Below, in pieces: positions 28,390 through 38,116 of a stretch of 64,000 nt of DNA. A model generated the notes under the pieces. That model made no database searches, was not told the DNA's origin, and saw only the letters and a list, made by a program, of their open reading frames with translations. Position 1 is the first letter of the stretch, and each line of letters starts with the position of its first letter. The stretch is from a virus. The position numbers and the translations under genes were made by a program. Where the stretch lies: positions 1 to 64,000 of IMG/VR virus record IMGVR_UViG_3300046542_000271; one strand, given 5' to 3'.

Positions 28390-29322
28390 TTACTTGTTGT
28401 AGTACATGACGGTGCGACCGTACTTGGCGTACAGGGTAGAGTCCGTCGGGTACATCACAGCGGCGTAGCTGAATCCGGCACGGTTGACTTCCGGGTACGC
28501 GGCGTCAGGCAGGATGATGAACTTCAGGTTAAGTGTCTTGGTTCCAATACCTTTCGGGTTATTGGTCCCGTGGTAGACCCCGAAGTTGATCTCTAGGTCC
28601 TGGTTTACGAAGGCGTCGGCGTATAGCTTACCGATCCCGCCGTAGCTGGTGGTATTGTCGGTATTCACACTGGTAGTCTGGGCGGTGGATGGCCAGCTAC
28701 CAGCAACCGCCTCCTCAGTGAAGTGGCGATCCCAGAACAACCAAGTACCGTACGCTCGACGATCGTCCCATGCCGTGAAGTCGTTCTTCGCGTTCGACGG
28801 CCAAACACCACCACCAAGTTCAGCGGTGGCCATGATGTCAACGCCAAGCTCTTCCTTATCCTGAACCCAGCGGAACGTGGCGGCGCCAGTGTACATCAGG
28901 GAGGTGGCTTTGGTCGTGAGGGTGAAGTCGGCCTCAGGTGCGTAGGTGCCGTGCATCAATGTGTTCGTGTCTTGGAAATCCACCAGCGAGAAGTTAAGAC
29001 CGAACTGGTTATTGATCAACGGAAGAAACTCCGTCATCGTGTACCAGCGTGACGCGAGGAAGCGCTGGATGCGGGGCTTGTTCTCACGCAGCAGTTGCGG
29101 GAGGTTGATCCGACGGTAGGTCAGAGTGATCCCACCGCGATACATGCTACCCGCCTTCGGGGACAGGCGAATCTGGGTATCATGCTTCTGAGGCGTCAGC
29201 GCGATCGCAACTGGCAAACCCACGATCATCGTGGATTCATTGACCGGAAACGGAAGCGTGGGGTTGTCTCGATTGATAAGGTCGAAGACATTCTTAATTG
29301 CGGTACCTTGGTAAATAGGCAT
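28390..29322 (-). CDS. virion tail structural protein (type B)
   Basis: DLINRDNP, YRRINL, QDKEELG, MYYN. Confidence 0.78.
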   Translation of the reverse strand: MPIYQGTAIKNVFDLINRDNPTLPFPVNESTMIVGLPVAIALTPQKHDTQIRLSPKAGSMYRGGITLTYRRINLPQLLRENKPRIQRFLASRWYTMTEFLPLINNQFGLNFSLVDFQDTNTLMHGTYAPEADFTLTTKATSLMYTGAATFRWVQDKEELGVDIMATAELGGGVWPSNAKNDFTAWDDRRAYGTWLFWDRHFTEEAVAGSWPSTAQTTSVNTDNTTSYGGIGKLYADAFVNQDLEINFGVYHGTNNPKGIGTKTLNLKFIILPDAAYPEVNRAGFSYAAVMYPTDSTLYAKYGRTVMYYNK

Positions 29323-29336
29323 CTCAATGTCCTGTG

Positions 29337-30221
29337 TTAAGCAGCCGAGGCGTCTTCGGGGTCGTTATAGTGAATATAGAAGCGACCAGACGGAATGGTG
29401 ACATCGCCTCTGAGCTCGATACCGATGACGTACTTGTAAACCGGGTTCGTTGGTAGGGCCGCTTCGTTAAGTCCGTTGTAGAAGACTGTAGCGCCTTGCA
29501 GCGACCATGCCGTCGAGGATTGGTTGGAGTTCCACAATGCCTTACCGTCACTGCTGATGTCCAACAGCAACAGCGTCTCCAGAACCGCCGTCAATCCGGC
29601 GCCGTGTAGCGTCCCTTCCTCAATAACGAGGAGACGGTCACGGTTGATGGTGGCGTCGATGGGATACGCGATCACAGCAGCCGAACTACCGGTCTTGAAG
29701 TTATCGATCGGATACTTGATCTGATCCGGTGCGATGTTGGTCAAGTATTCTTCCAGAGGAAGACCACCTGGCATCACCTCGAACGTGATCTGACCGATCC
29801 ACAACGGAGACGAAGGTTTCGCACGCACCGTCACCGTACCGACCCCATTCACGTCCAAGTTCAGCGGATCATCTTCCACGTCATCGGCCGAGAGGTTGAT
29901 GGCGTAGTAGTACCTGATCGCTTCCAGGAGACCGTGGGTCGTGGCAGGCTTGGGAGCCTTGAGCTGACGCGCTGGACGGAACCGAGCAAAGTCGTTGAGT
30001 TGCAGACGGTTGTAGAACACCACCTTGCGACCCTTGAACAGAGGCGTTGCACCCGGAGCTACGATCGCCCAACTGTTCTTCTCGGTCTGTCCTTGATAGC
30101 GGCTGTCCATGACGTCGTACGGCCGTGACAGATCGATGTTAGCCGAGGTCAGACGAGTCGTGCTATTGGCGGCGTTGATGTAATCAATCACCGCCTGTTT
30201 CGAATTGATGAATACAGACAT
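29337..30221 (-). CDS. virion tail structural protein (type A)
   Basis: Close paralog of the 27486 protein (MSVFINSKQ...HYNDPED). Confidence 0.78.
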   Translation of the reverse strand: MSVFINSKQAVIDYINAANSTTRLTSANIDLSRPYDVMDSRYQGQTEKNSWAIVAPGATPLFKGRKVVFYNRLQLNDFARFRPARQLKAPKPATTHGLLEAIRYYYAINLSADDVEDDPLNLDVNGVGTVTVRAKPSSPLWIGQITFEVMPGGLPLEEYLTNIAPDQIKYPIDNFKTGSSAAVIAYPIDATINRDRLLVIEEGTLHGAGLTAVLETLLLLDISSDGKALWNSNQSSTAWSLQGATVFYNGLNEAALPTNPVYKYVIGIELRGDVTIPSGRFYIHYNDPEDASAA

Positions 30222-30229
30222 GGGGACCT

Positions 30230-31177
30230 CTACACGTTGTAGTAGAAGGGCAAGTAACCCATCGCCGCTTGGCCGAACGTTGGATGGTTGGCGAACCAGA
30301 GTAGGAGTACGTGCGTCGCCCCGTCGCGGTTGAGGAACGGGTACGTGACCTTGTTCCCAGCGTTGATCGGCATGAAACGCCAGCCCATCGTGCGACCGTA
30401 GATACCGTTCGGATTATCGGTAGCGTGGAAATCCTCGTATTTGATCCCGAGGTTGTACGCCACGTTAATCTCGTCAAGCAGCGCCTTGAAGCCGTATTGC
30501 GGCATCGAAGCACTCCAGATGAACGATGACTGCGTCGTGGTGGTTGGCCACAGACCAGCAACCGAGTCTTCGGTGTAGTCACGATACAACGGCAGGAACT
30601 CGTTACGTAGTGGCAACGGGAAGGTTTCTTCCGGATCGTACAGACCACGACCTGTAGGCCATACCGCACCTGCCAACTCGCCTTGGGTCAAGACATCGAG
30701 ACCGAGCTCTTCCAGGTCCTGCGACCAGTAAAGATCGATAGTGCCCACGTACTGATAACTCTCATCACCCATGACGAGGTTACGGGTGAAGGTCTGCCAA
30801 CCGCCATAGAAACCAGCACCCGTGACATCAGCAGGGTCCAAGTTCAACCCGTACTTCTTGTTGATCAAGGGGATGTAGGCTTCCTTATACAGCCAGGTAC
30901 CGGTCGTGATGAACTTCTTGAGTTCAAGTCGCTGACTACGGAACAGGATTGACAAGTCAATCCGACGGTAGGTCACGATCACGTTACCACGATAAGGACT
31001 GGACTCTTTCGCCGTGATCCGCATCTGGGTGTTGTGGTCCAGTTGGTTGGGGACCAGGTACTTCTGTGGTTTACTGTAGATGAAGTCGGTCGCGTTAAGC
31101 TTCCACGTCATCGCTGGGTTGTCGCGGTTGATCGCTGCGATAAGCAGGTCAATATCTTTACCGGCGTACAGAGGCAT
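30230..31177 (-). CDS. virion tail structural protein (type B)
   Basis: Close paralog of the 28390 protein (INRDNP, YRRIDL, QDLEELG). Confidence 0.78.
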   Translation of the reverse strand: MPLYAGKDIDLLIAAINRDNPAMTWKLNATDFIYSKPQKYLVPNQLDHNTQMRITAKESSPYRGNVIVTYRRIDLSILFRSQRLELKKFITTGTWLYKEAYIPLINKKYGLNLDPADVTGAGFYGGWQTFTRNLVMGDESYQYVGTIDLYWSQDLEELGLDVLTQGELAGAVWPTGRGLYDPEETFPLPLRNEFLPLYRDYTEDSVAGLWPTTTTQSSFIWSASMPQYGFKALLDEINVAYNLGIKYEDFHATDNPNGIYGRTMGWRFMPINAGNKVTYPFLNRDGATHVLLLWFANHPTFGQAAMGYLPFYYNV

Positions 31178-31187
31178 TGATCTTCAC

Positions 31188-31994
31188 CTAGTAAGGGTTG
31201 TAATGGAAGTAAAGGCGACCGGTGTAGTTACCCGCTGGGTAGGTCATCACGAAGACGCGCTCGAACGCAGGGTTCGCATCAGGGACCGCTGAGGTCGCAG
31301 CGTCAAACATCTGTCCGTTCGCGAAGTACGGAATACCCAACTTGTTGGTGGTCTTCACCAGGTTGTTGTAGCTGGTCATGTAGCCGGTCTTATTCGGCTT
31401 CATGTCGTCGTAATGGATCGAGAAGTCGTAACCCCAGGTCACCATGCGTCCGTACGGTTGATCGTACTTCTTCGACGGATGACGCAGGACATCCAACTCG
31501 ATACGGTTGACCATCAGGTCCAGCCACGAGGGACCGAACTTGATCGTGACTTCAACGGTACCAAACCACTGCAACGAGTCGGGAGCCATGTTGATGTTGA
31601 GCGTGATCTCATCACCGTCTTCGATGACGACCTCAGCGAAGTCTTCGAGGTCCTCGATTTCGAGGTCGAGCTTCGTAGCCGCTTTGAAGTAAGGGAAGAC
31701 GTTCTCACGAGTGATCGAAAGAGGGGTCTGCCAGTTCAAGGTCGGGAAGAAGTGTGCGATGTCCAGTCGGTTGTAGTACTGAACAACGTCACCCCAGTAG
31801 CCCTTGCTCGGGATACCTTGCACGGTGACCACGGTGTTGCGATCGTACAGATCGGTCGGAGCGAGATCAAAGTAGCGAAGGCGTGTGTCGTTGAACTCTT
31901 TCGGCGGAAGGTAGTCTTCGTTCAACACTTGGTGGATGAGGTTAGCGCTCCCCGCGAGGAACTCCTGCACCACTGGGTTTTCTTCATCGGCCAT
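31188..31994 (-). CDS. virion tail structural protein
   Basis: YNRLDI, SLQWFG, WGYDFS, LYFHYN. Confidence 0.75.
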   Translation of the reverse strand: MADEENPVVQEFLAGSANLIHQVLNEDYLPPKEFNDTRLRYFDLAPTDLYDRNTVVTVQGIPSKGYWGDVVQYYNRLDIAHFFPTLNWQTPLSITRENVFPYFKAATKLDLEIEDLEDFAEVVIEDGDEITLNINMAPDSLQWFGTVEVTIKFGPSWLDLMVNRIELDVLRHPSKKYDQPYGRMVTWGYDFSIHYDDMKPNKTGYMTSYNNLVKTTNKLGIPYFANGQMFDAATSAVPDANPAFERVFVMTYPAGNYTGRLYFHYNPY

Positions 31995-31997
31995 GGC

Positions 31998-32882
31998 TTA
32001 CGGCTCCAATGGGGCGTTGAAATGGAAGTACAGATCACCAATGTAGCCCAGGCACTTGACTGGGTCGACGGTTACACGTACGAAGCGCTCGTACTGGATG
32101 TTGTACTCGTCAGGGAGGTCGACAGTCGAACCCACAGCCTTCACAGTCGCGCCTGCCAGCGAGTAACGCTGGTTGGCTGTCATGGTCCAAGCGTGACCAG
32201 TAATCGCCACCAGGGCCAGTCTGACGGCTTCCAGCTGCGCTGTACCCACCTGTACGGTGTCCAGGTTGGCGAATTGGGCAGAGAAGTCACGCCAGTACGA
32301 GTAAACAGCGGCAAATGGCTTGGAGCTGTAGGTCGCTGGGTAATCGAAGGCACTGACGGTGACGTCGGTGAGGTAGTCCTTGAGCTGATAACCACCACGA
32401 CGCATACCGACGGAGACGGTACCGATCCAGCCAAGGCTGGTAGGGTTGGCTTCCAGGGTGACGCTGATTGGGTTGTCGAGGTCTTTCTCCTCGGTAGTCA
32501 GCGCACGCGAGACGATGTCGTCCGCGGTCAGGATCAGACCGTACTTCTTGTTAAGAGAAGCCACCACATCCATCGTGGTGTTGACCTCCATGACGTCTGC
32601 CAGCAACGGGGTCTGACGGATCAACTCCTTCAAGTCCATCCGGTGGTAGTAGACGGTGACGGAGCCCTGGTACAGCGAGTACTGATCTTTCGCCGTGATC
32701 AGCATCGAGGTATTGACTTTCTCGTCAATGGCCTTCTGCGCAGGCGTCAGCTCCTCAGGGAGGTCAAGGGGGTCGATAGCAGCAGGGGTACCGAAGAGGT
32801 ATTGCTCCTCGACCAGGGCCAGACCGTTGAGTCGGTTGATGGACTCGAGGATCTGAGGAAACGTGGATTTATAAATAGCCAT
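31998..32882 (-). CDS. virion tail structural protein (type A-like)
   Basis: SINRLNGL, YHRMDL, SLGWIG, LYFHFN. Confidence 0.75.
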   Translation of the reverse strand: MAIYKSTFPQILESINRLNGLALVEEQYLFGTPAAIDPLDLPEELTPAQKAIDEKVNTSMLITAKDQYSLYQGSVTVYYHRMDLKELIRQTPLLADVMEVNTTMDVVASLNKKYGLILTADDIVSRALTTEEKDLDNPISVTLEANPTSLGWIGTVSVGMRRGGYQLKDYLTDVTVSAFDYPATYSSKPFAAVYSYWRDFSAQFANLDTVQVGTAQLEAVRLALVAITGHAWTMTANQRYSLAGATVKAVGSTVDLPDEYNIQYERFVRVTVDPVKCLGYIGDLYFHFNAPLEP

Positions 32883-32890
32883 GATTTACC

Positions 32891-33784
32891 TTAATCCTCT
32901 TCAGGGACGATGATTTCGGTTTCGTTGTAGTGGAAGTAAGCGGTCCCTTCCTGTCTCCGTACGTACGGGTAATAAGGGTCGGCCACTTGTTGAATGATCA
33001 CGAACTCAAAGTCCTGACGGGCCTCAGGGCGATCCTTCGTCAAATACTGCGTGATCGTGTATCCCCATCCGGATGGCCAGGAGGTATACCCGAACAGGTT
33101 GCGCATCATGGTGGCAACCGCCGCCGAGTCAGAGAAGAACATCGGCAAGCGCGGGTTGAACCGGATGATCTCGCGGTATGGCGTGAAGTCTGTGCCATAG
33201 GTTGCCATGTTTACGGAATCTTTTACAGTAAACGGTGGAACGCCTGGACCGGGTTTCGGTGGTGCACGATACGTACGCCCCGCGTCCAGCATGGCATAGA
33301 GGTTTGGCTTCTTGACCACGTTAGCCAGGAAGATACGCCGGCGCGTGAAGCGGACAATGAAGTAACCCTGGTACGCCACACTCGAAGCTTTGGCTTCAAG
33401 CTTCAGGTTGGTGGTCTCGTCGAAGTCGAGCCAGCTGTAGTCAGCATCGAGGAAGTCGTCTTCTGACAACATGATGCCGAGGTGCTGAGACAGCCCTGGG
33501 AAGATCGAATAAAGGGTACCGCGACTCACCCCCTCGTATCGGGGAATGATGTCTCCAAACGCCTTGTTGAGGTCCATACGGGCATAGTTGACCGTCACGG
33601 TGCCTTGATAAGGGGAGAGGGGGCTGGAGATGGCTTTTGCGCGAGTATGAGTCGGGCCAGCCATGCCCACAAAAACAGGAGAGGTAAGCTTCAGATGGTC
33701 TGGCTCAATCGGAACCGGCAGCAGGGGAGACGCCGAAATCGCTTGAGCGAGGATATCTCTGCCAGGACCTGGGACCAGGATCAT
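32891..33784 (-). CDS. virion tail structural protein
   Basis: YQGTVTVNYARMDL, YGTDF, YFHYN. Confidence 0.75.
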   Translation of the reverse strand: MILVPGPGRDILAQAISASPLLPVPIEPDHLKLTSPVFVGMAGPTHTRAKAISSPLSPYQGTVTVNYARMDLNKAFGDIIPRYEGVSRGTLYSIFPGLSQHLGIMLSEDDFLDADYSWLDFDETTNLKLEAKASSVAYQGYFIVRFTRRRIFLANVVKKPNLYAMLDAGRTYRAPPKPGPGVPPFTVKDSVNMATYGTDFTPYREIIRFNPRLPMFFSDSAAVATMMRNLFGYTSWPSGWGYTITQYLTKDRPEARQDFEFVIIQQVADPYYPYVRRQEGTAYFHYNETEIIVPEED

Positions 33785-33803
33785 GAGATCGCTCCTTACA
33801 TGA

Positions 33804-33866
33804 ACAAAAAAATAAACCAGGATGACGCATAGCGAGAAGAGAACAAGTCTCCATCGCTATGCGTCA
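33804..33866 (-). terminator. terminator hairpin
   Basis: TGACGCATAGCGA...TCGCTATGCGTCA stem with a downstream T tract on the minus strand. Confidence 0.7.
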
Positions 33867-33877
33867 CGTCGAGCTAC

Positions 33878-34441
33878 TTACGGAGCTGGCTCTTCTGGAG
33901 GCGGCTCAGGGTAGTTCAGACCTTCCATCACTGGTTTGGTGATTACGGACGACAGAGGGATGTCATCAGCGGTCAGGGAGAGAGTCAACGACCCGATGAA
34001 TACCGGGCTGTCCGGGTTCATCTGGATGGTGATCTGCTTGGTTTCGTTCGGGGTACCTTCCCACGGACCGGCCTGCGTAACGATACTACCGTCGATGTAG
34101 TCATCTTCGGTGATGTTGGTACGCAGCTTGAGGTTGATCTCGGCCATCAGGTCCGAGAAGTTCTCAGCATCGCCGATACCCAGGGTCAGGGTTTCACCGA
34201 ACAGGAAGCCTTGGACGTCCAGACGGTTGTAGCCCAGGATCACTTGGCCGGTGTAACCCGAACCTGGCAGCGAGGTGACCGTCATGTCGGTGTTGTACAA
34301 CGCACCGGCAGTAGTAGTTACCGTTGGCAGGCCCAGCTCCACCAGGGTGTTATCGAGCGTGGTGCCGTTTTGCTCGTTGATGAGATCGAAGATGATCTCC
34401 TGAGGCAACTTGCTAAAATCACTGATGTGCTTAGCCATCAT
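33878..34441 (-). CDS. virion structural protein (short family member)
   Basis: DLINEQNGT, YNRLDV; ends PLSSVITKPVMEGLNYP; own ATCCTATG promoter at 34470-34477. Confidence 0.78.
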   Translation of the reverse strand: MMAKHISDFSKLPQEIIFDLINEQNGTTLDNTLVELGLPTVTTTAGALYNTDMTVTSLPGSGYTGQVILGYNRLDVQGFLFGETLTLGIGDAENFSDLMAEINLKLRTNITEDDYIDGSIVTQAGPWEGTPNETKQITIQMNPDSPVFIGSLTLSLTADDIPLSSVITKPVMEGLNYPEPPPEEPAP

Positions 34442-34482
34442 TGGTTCCTTCAGTAGTGAGGGTGTTCTACATAGGATCGAGC

Positions 34483-34977
34483 TTAAACGAGGCTAGTGTC
34501 CCGTTTAAGGTAGAGTCGTACAGACTCCGAATAGACCCTGGAGGTAGCTGATGCAAAGATCCGAACCAGGGTCCAGTCTTCGGCGTTCACCAACTTCGCA
34601 TTGAGGTCGATGTTGTCAACCGAGACCTCCTCAAGCTTGAGGTGCAAGGCAGCGTTAATGTACGTCAAATTCTCATAGAGGCTAGGACGCTTCCCGATCA
34701 CGACTCGAGGAATCTTTTCACACGCCGGGAGTAGTCGGCGCAATGGAACGCGGTTATAAAGGTAGGTCGCATTCCCTCGATAACGATCGCTCGTGGTGAT
34801 GGTCGCCACGATAGAGGTATCACGACCTTTATTAGCGTCGGCGCTCACAGCGGTTGGTGTACCCCACGACAGCTCCGAGGAGTTGATCGGGGCGTTCCCA
34901 TTCGAAAGCCGGATAATGTCCAGCATCAGACTGAGTTCTGGTTTGGTGTAATCGAATACGATAGCCACGGCGCTCAC
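34483..34977 (-). CDS. virion structural protein (short family member)
   Basis: YRGNATYLYNRVPL; start overlaps the upstream stop. Confidence 0.7.
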   Translation of the reverse strand: MSAVAIVFDYTKPELSLMLDIIRLSNGNAPINSSELSWGTPTAVSADANKGRDTSIVATITTSDRYRGNATYLYNRVPLRRLLPACEKIPRVVIGKRPSLYENLTYINAALHLKLEEVSVDNIDLNAKLVNAEDWTLVRIFASATSRVYSESVRLYLKRDTSLV

Positions 34978-35504
34978 CTATTTGGCGGGTCTGGGTAATA
35001 GAGGCCGTCCAGCATGGTTTTAGTGATGATGTCCCTGAGCGGTATCTCTACTGGGTCAGTCGGGTCTTCCTCAGCAGCGAAGACATGAGTACCCACCCAG
35101 ATATACGACGACGCAAAGAACTTCACCGACCAGCCGGCATGTGTACGAGTCGCCAGCTGCACATGCGACAAGTCGAGCTCGACATTATAAGTGCTGGCGA
35201 AGTACACCGCAAGTTGCTGCGGTGTCTTCACTTCCTTTGGAATCAGGATCGTTGGATTACCCAACCCTTGAAGAAGGAGCTCTTGCGTCAACCGATTGTA
35301 ATAGAAGACTTGGTCTTTCTCGACCTTGTCGTGCACAGCGGTAGCCAGCACCACTGTGTTCATGCCATCGATGTCATCGGCCCTAGGTAGGGACAGCACC
35401 AGCGAACTCGCATCAAGCACGACATCGTAGCCTTCGATTACCTCCCTGTTCGTCGACACAATCATGTCGATTAGTTGCTGTTTCCCGTCCATATGTGTGT
35501 CCAT
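34974..35504 (-). CDS. virion structural protein (short family member)
   Basis: YYNRL, SYIWVG; ends PLRDIITKTMLDGLYYP; ATCCTATG at 35522-35529. Confidence 0.72.
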   Translation of the reverse strand: MDTHMDGKQQLIDMIVSTNREVIEGYDVVLDASSLVLSLPRADDIDGMNTVVLATAVHDKVEKDQVFYYNRLTQELLLQGLGNPTILIPKEVKTPQQLAVYFASTYNVELDLSHVQLATRTHAGWSVKFFASSYIWVGTHVFAAEEDPTDPVEIPLRDIITKTMLDGLYYPDPPNR

Positions 35505-35550
35505 GTGGAGTTAACCTGAGTCATAGGATGTTTTCGATTCAACTTTTCTT

Positions 35551-35572
35551 GAGTCGTACATTCTACACTTGA
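35551..35572 (+). promoter_or_regulatory. putative early-type phage promoter
   Basis: nAGnnnTACATnnTnnnnnTG motif repeated at 39395, 44512 and 61724, each upstream of + strand genes. Confidence 0.5.
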
Positions 35573-35645
35573 CAATGGCAATAAAAATATACACAGGCTA
35601 CTGATGTAATGTGTGTATCGCCTTTCACTATCTGAGGAATCAAAT

Positions 35646-35987
35646 ATGACTTCCGTATCAAGGGAATTACACGGGGTAAAAGTTCAGCTGGAACCAGCTG
35701 GCGAAACCACGAAACTCAATCGCCGCATCGGGAGCTGCACCATCCGGTTCGAGGACGAGACGCGGGATTACATCCGGGTGTATGGCAAGCTCGATGACAT
35801 CTGGACCCGTCCGGAACGTGTTACCTTCGAGAAAGACCTCCGTGCCATGTGCGCTGATCAAGAGATCATCGACGAACTCTTCCCTGGCAAGAAGCTGCAA
35901 TCCGTACGACGCTTCAACCCTTCTGAGTTTCTGATCAGTAAAGGCTGGCGTTGCCACGGTACCCAGGTCACCGCTTCACAACTGTAA
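35646..35987 (+). CDS. hypothetical protein
   Basis: GAGGA SD before ATG 35646. Confidence 0.7.
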   Translation: MTSVSRELHGVKVQLEPAGETTKLNRRIGSCTIRFEDETRDYIRVYGKLDDIWTRPERVTFEKDLRAMCADQEIIDELFPGKKLQSVRRFNPSEFLISKGWRCHGTQVTASQL

Positions 35988-36038
35988 TAACTCTCGCAAT
36001 ATCCCAACTGATAAAGTTCGTCCGTGGAGGACACCAGC

Positions 36039-36584
36039 ATGACCGTATTCAAACTCGACAACCGTAAAGTAGTTGTATCGGAGAAAGGCGTTTCCAAAGT
36101 ACTCACTTCCCCTTTCGGTGTGAGCTACTCGGAAAAGACTGAACGCTTCTATGCGTGGGTCATCAACGATCAGGACCAGTGGTCTTCTCGTTCGTTTGGT
36201 GTCAACGCACATGGCGCAATCAACGCCTTCGAGTTGGCGGTTGAGGCTCGGGAAGATTCGCTGAACTTCTTGCTCAACCGCCGCATGCTGCCGCGCATCC
36301 GTCACTTGATGCGTAAGGTACCAGATCACGCTACCACGATCCGCCAGGTTGGGGATTTCTACATCGTACGTGATCCGTTGCGTAAGAACTATCACAAGTT
36401 CGCTACAAAGGAAGATGCACAAACCTTCAACATCGCTGTAACTGAGGAGTGGAAGCTGGAGTACAAGTTCGACAAGCTCTCCATGATCAAGATTGACTAC
36501 CAGCCTTACAAACGAACCGACGTCGTGGATAGCTTCACCCGTCAGTTCCGTAATGCGGCCCAGGAGATTGGAATCCGTCACTGA
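36039..36584 (+). CDS. putative AP2-like DNA-binding domain protein
   Basis: GVSYSEKTERFYAW...SRSFGVNAHGAINAFELAVEAR follows the AP2 domain pattern. Confidence 0.55.
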   Translation: MTVFKLDNRKVVVSEKGVSKVLTSPFGVSYSEKTERFYAWVINDQDQWSSRSFGVNAHGAINAFELAVEAREDSLNFLLNRRMLPRIRHLMRKVPDHATTIRQVGDFYIVRDPLRKNYHKFATKEDAQTFNIAVTEEWKLEYKFDKLSMIKIDYQPYKRTDVVDSFTRQFRNAAQEIGIRH

Positions 36585-36627
36585 TCCCCGTCTAACCCAA
36601 TCCCGTACTTACTAAGGAAGAACAAAC

Positions 36628-36798
36628 ATGCAGCGTTACCCTCATCTCGATATCGATACCTCTTACATCTACGGCAAACTGAACCGTCGTCGTAAGGCTT
36701 ACCGTCGTGAGCAACTCGCCAAGCGAGTCTGCCCTGTCGTGATCTTCGTCGCCACCATGGGCACCCTCGGCTATCTACTCGCCACGAGGTTGTTCTAA
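36628..36798 (+). CDS. small membrane protein (56 aa, absent from the ORF track)
   Basis: TAAGGA SD; basic stretch then a hydrophobic C-terminus; TAATG overlap with the next gene. Confidence 0.65.
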   Translation: MQRYPHLDIDTSYIYGKLNRRRKAYRREQLAKRVCPVVIFVATMGTLGYLLATRLF

Positions 36799-37010
36799 TG
36801 TCGAAGCGCAATCAAGACAAGGACATCATGGTCGCAGAGAGTAATACGATTCTCTGGCTCATTGGCGCAGTCTTCAGTGTCATGCTGCTCGTCAGTGTGA
36901 TCTACGAAGACCACCGTCCTGAGCCTGGCTGTGTTACGTTTGAACAGGCGTTGAAAGCCGGTGTGATGAGTTACCCAGACCCAGAAGCTACTGGCCAGAG
37001 TTGCGGCTAA
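36798..37010 (+). CDS. small membrane protein
   Basis: TILWLIGAVFSVMLLVSVIY transmembrane segment; translationally coupled to the upstream gene. Confidence 0.65.
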   Translation: MSKRNQDKDIMVAESNTILWLIGAVFSVMLLVSVIYEDHRPEPGCVTFEQALKAGVMSYPDPEATGQSCG

Positions 37011-37020
37011 GGAATTACCA

Positions 37021-37043
37021 GAGAGGTGGGTATCCCACCTCTC
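37021..37043 (+). terminator. hairpin, terminator or processing stem
   Basis: GAGAGGTGGG-TAT-CCCACCTCTC. Confidence 0.5.
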
Positions 37044-37065
37044 GCCTATGACTGAGGAGTCGAAC

Positions 37066-37440
37066 ATGTTGTACATTATAGCTGTCAGTAAGAAACACCG
37101 GATCAAGATCAGCGATGCTCAGGCGTTGTTCGATGGCGTGAAGGCGTTTGAAGGCATGCAACTCTCTGGCACTATCAGTGCTCGTGAGCTGGAAGTCGGC
37201 AAGTACTTTGGCAAGCTCTTCCAGATGGATGACGCTGTCAACGAATGCAACGATGTGCACCTGGTGATGTTGGGTGACTTCAAAGAGCACGAGCGTCTGG
37301 AGATGGGTCGATTCTTTACACCGATCGTCGAAGCGATGCCGGCTGAGGAATACGTCAACCTGTCCGGCGATGTGCTCCGCTATCAAGGTGGTCGTGCAGC
37401 ACTCGACCTGTTGATGCAATACATGAAACGTAAATCCTAA
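37066..37440 (+). CDS. hypothetical protein
   Basis: GAGGAG SD before ATG 37066. Confidence 0.7.
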   Translation: MLYIIAVSKKHRIKISDAQALFDGVKAFEGMQLSGTISARELEVGKYFGKLFQMDDAVNECNDVHLVMLGDFKEHERLEMGRFFTPIVEAMPAEEYVNLSGDVLRYQGGRAALDLLMQYMKRKS

Positions 37441-37456
37441 GACCGTGGAGGTCAGT

Positions 37457-38116
37457 ATGACTGGTAGCAAACAAGATACTCCAATCCCGGAGAATCTGCT
37501 GTACACGCGTGAGCAACTCGAGAAAGGCATGAAGCCTGGTAACCGTCCAACGATCCCAGCGTGGCATCTGGTGGATGGCGTTATCAAGCTGACGTACTGG
37601 CATGCGATCAAGTACTACACCAAGGTACTGATTGCCGCTGAGAAGGCTCGCCTAGAGTGCACTCACGCACAAGCGGCGGACTGGGTGGAAGGTTATCACG
37701 ACTTCCGCAATCGTCGCCTGGAGGACGTCCTGAAGTACCTGCTGGATGTCTACCCTCCCCACATCGAAGGCGCAGACAGACTGCATCGTCAATGGGAGAT
37801 GGTTCGCAACCGGACGTCGGAGTGTCCTCAACCTCCAGCTGATGAGCCGTCTGGGATTGAGAACATAAAGCCTTACGTGATACCTTCCTCAGACGAGAGA
37901 TTGAAGCGGATGTGGCTCGAGGGTGTGATGGAAGGTAATCCGGAAGAGTTCTGGACCTACCTGCGTGACGTTAAAGCTGAATTCGCTGAAGGCTTCGAAC
38001 ACCTTCGGGAGTTACTGTCGAAAGGCGGTAGAGACGCTGGTCGGCTTGAGCGGATGAGTAATACCGTCAAGATGATGCATAACGACATCTCTGACTTCAT
38101 CGCCAAGTACAACTAA
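37457..38116 (+). CDS. hypothetical protein
   Basis: GGAGGT SD before ATG 37457; followed by a terminator. Confidence 0.72.
   Translation: MTGSKQDTPIPENLLYTREQLEKGMKPGNRPTIPAWHLVDGVIKLTYWHAIKYYTKVLIAAEKARLECTHAQAADWVEGYHDFRNRRLEDVLKYLLDVYPPHIEGADRLHRQWEMVRNRTSECPQPPADEPSGIENIKPYVIPSSDERLKRMWLEGVMEGNPEEFWTYLRDVKAEFAEGFEHLRELLSKGGRDAGRLERMSNTVKMMHNDISDFIAKYN

Noticed and set aside
11853-33784. Diversity-generating retroelement or invertase shufflon as the source of tail variation
   Set aside because: No reverse transcriptase, recombinase, adenine-specific TR/VR pair or inverted crossover sites seen in this window; paralogs are divergent whole genes
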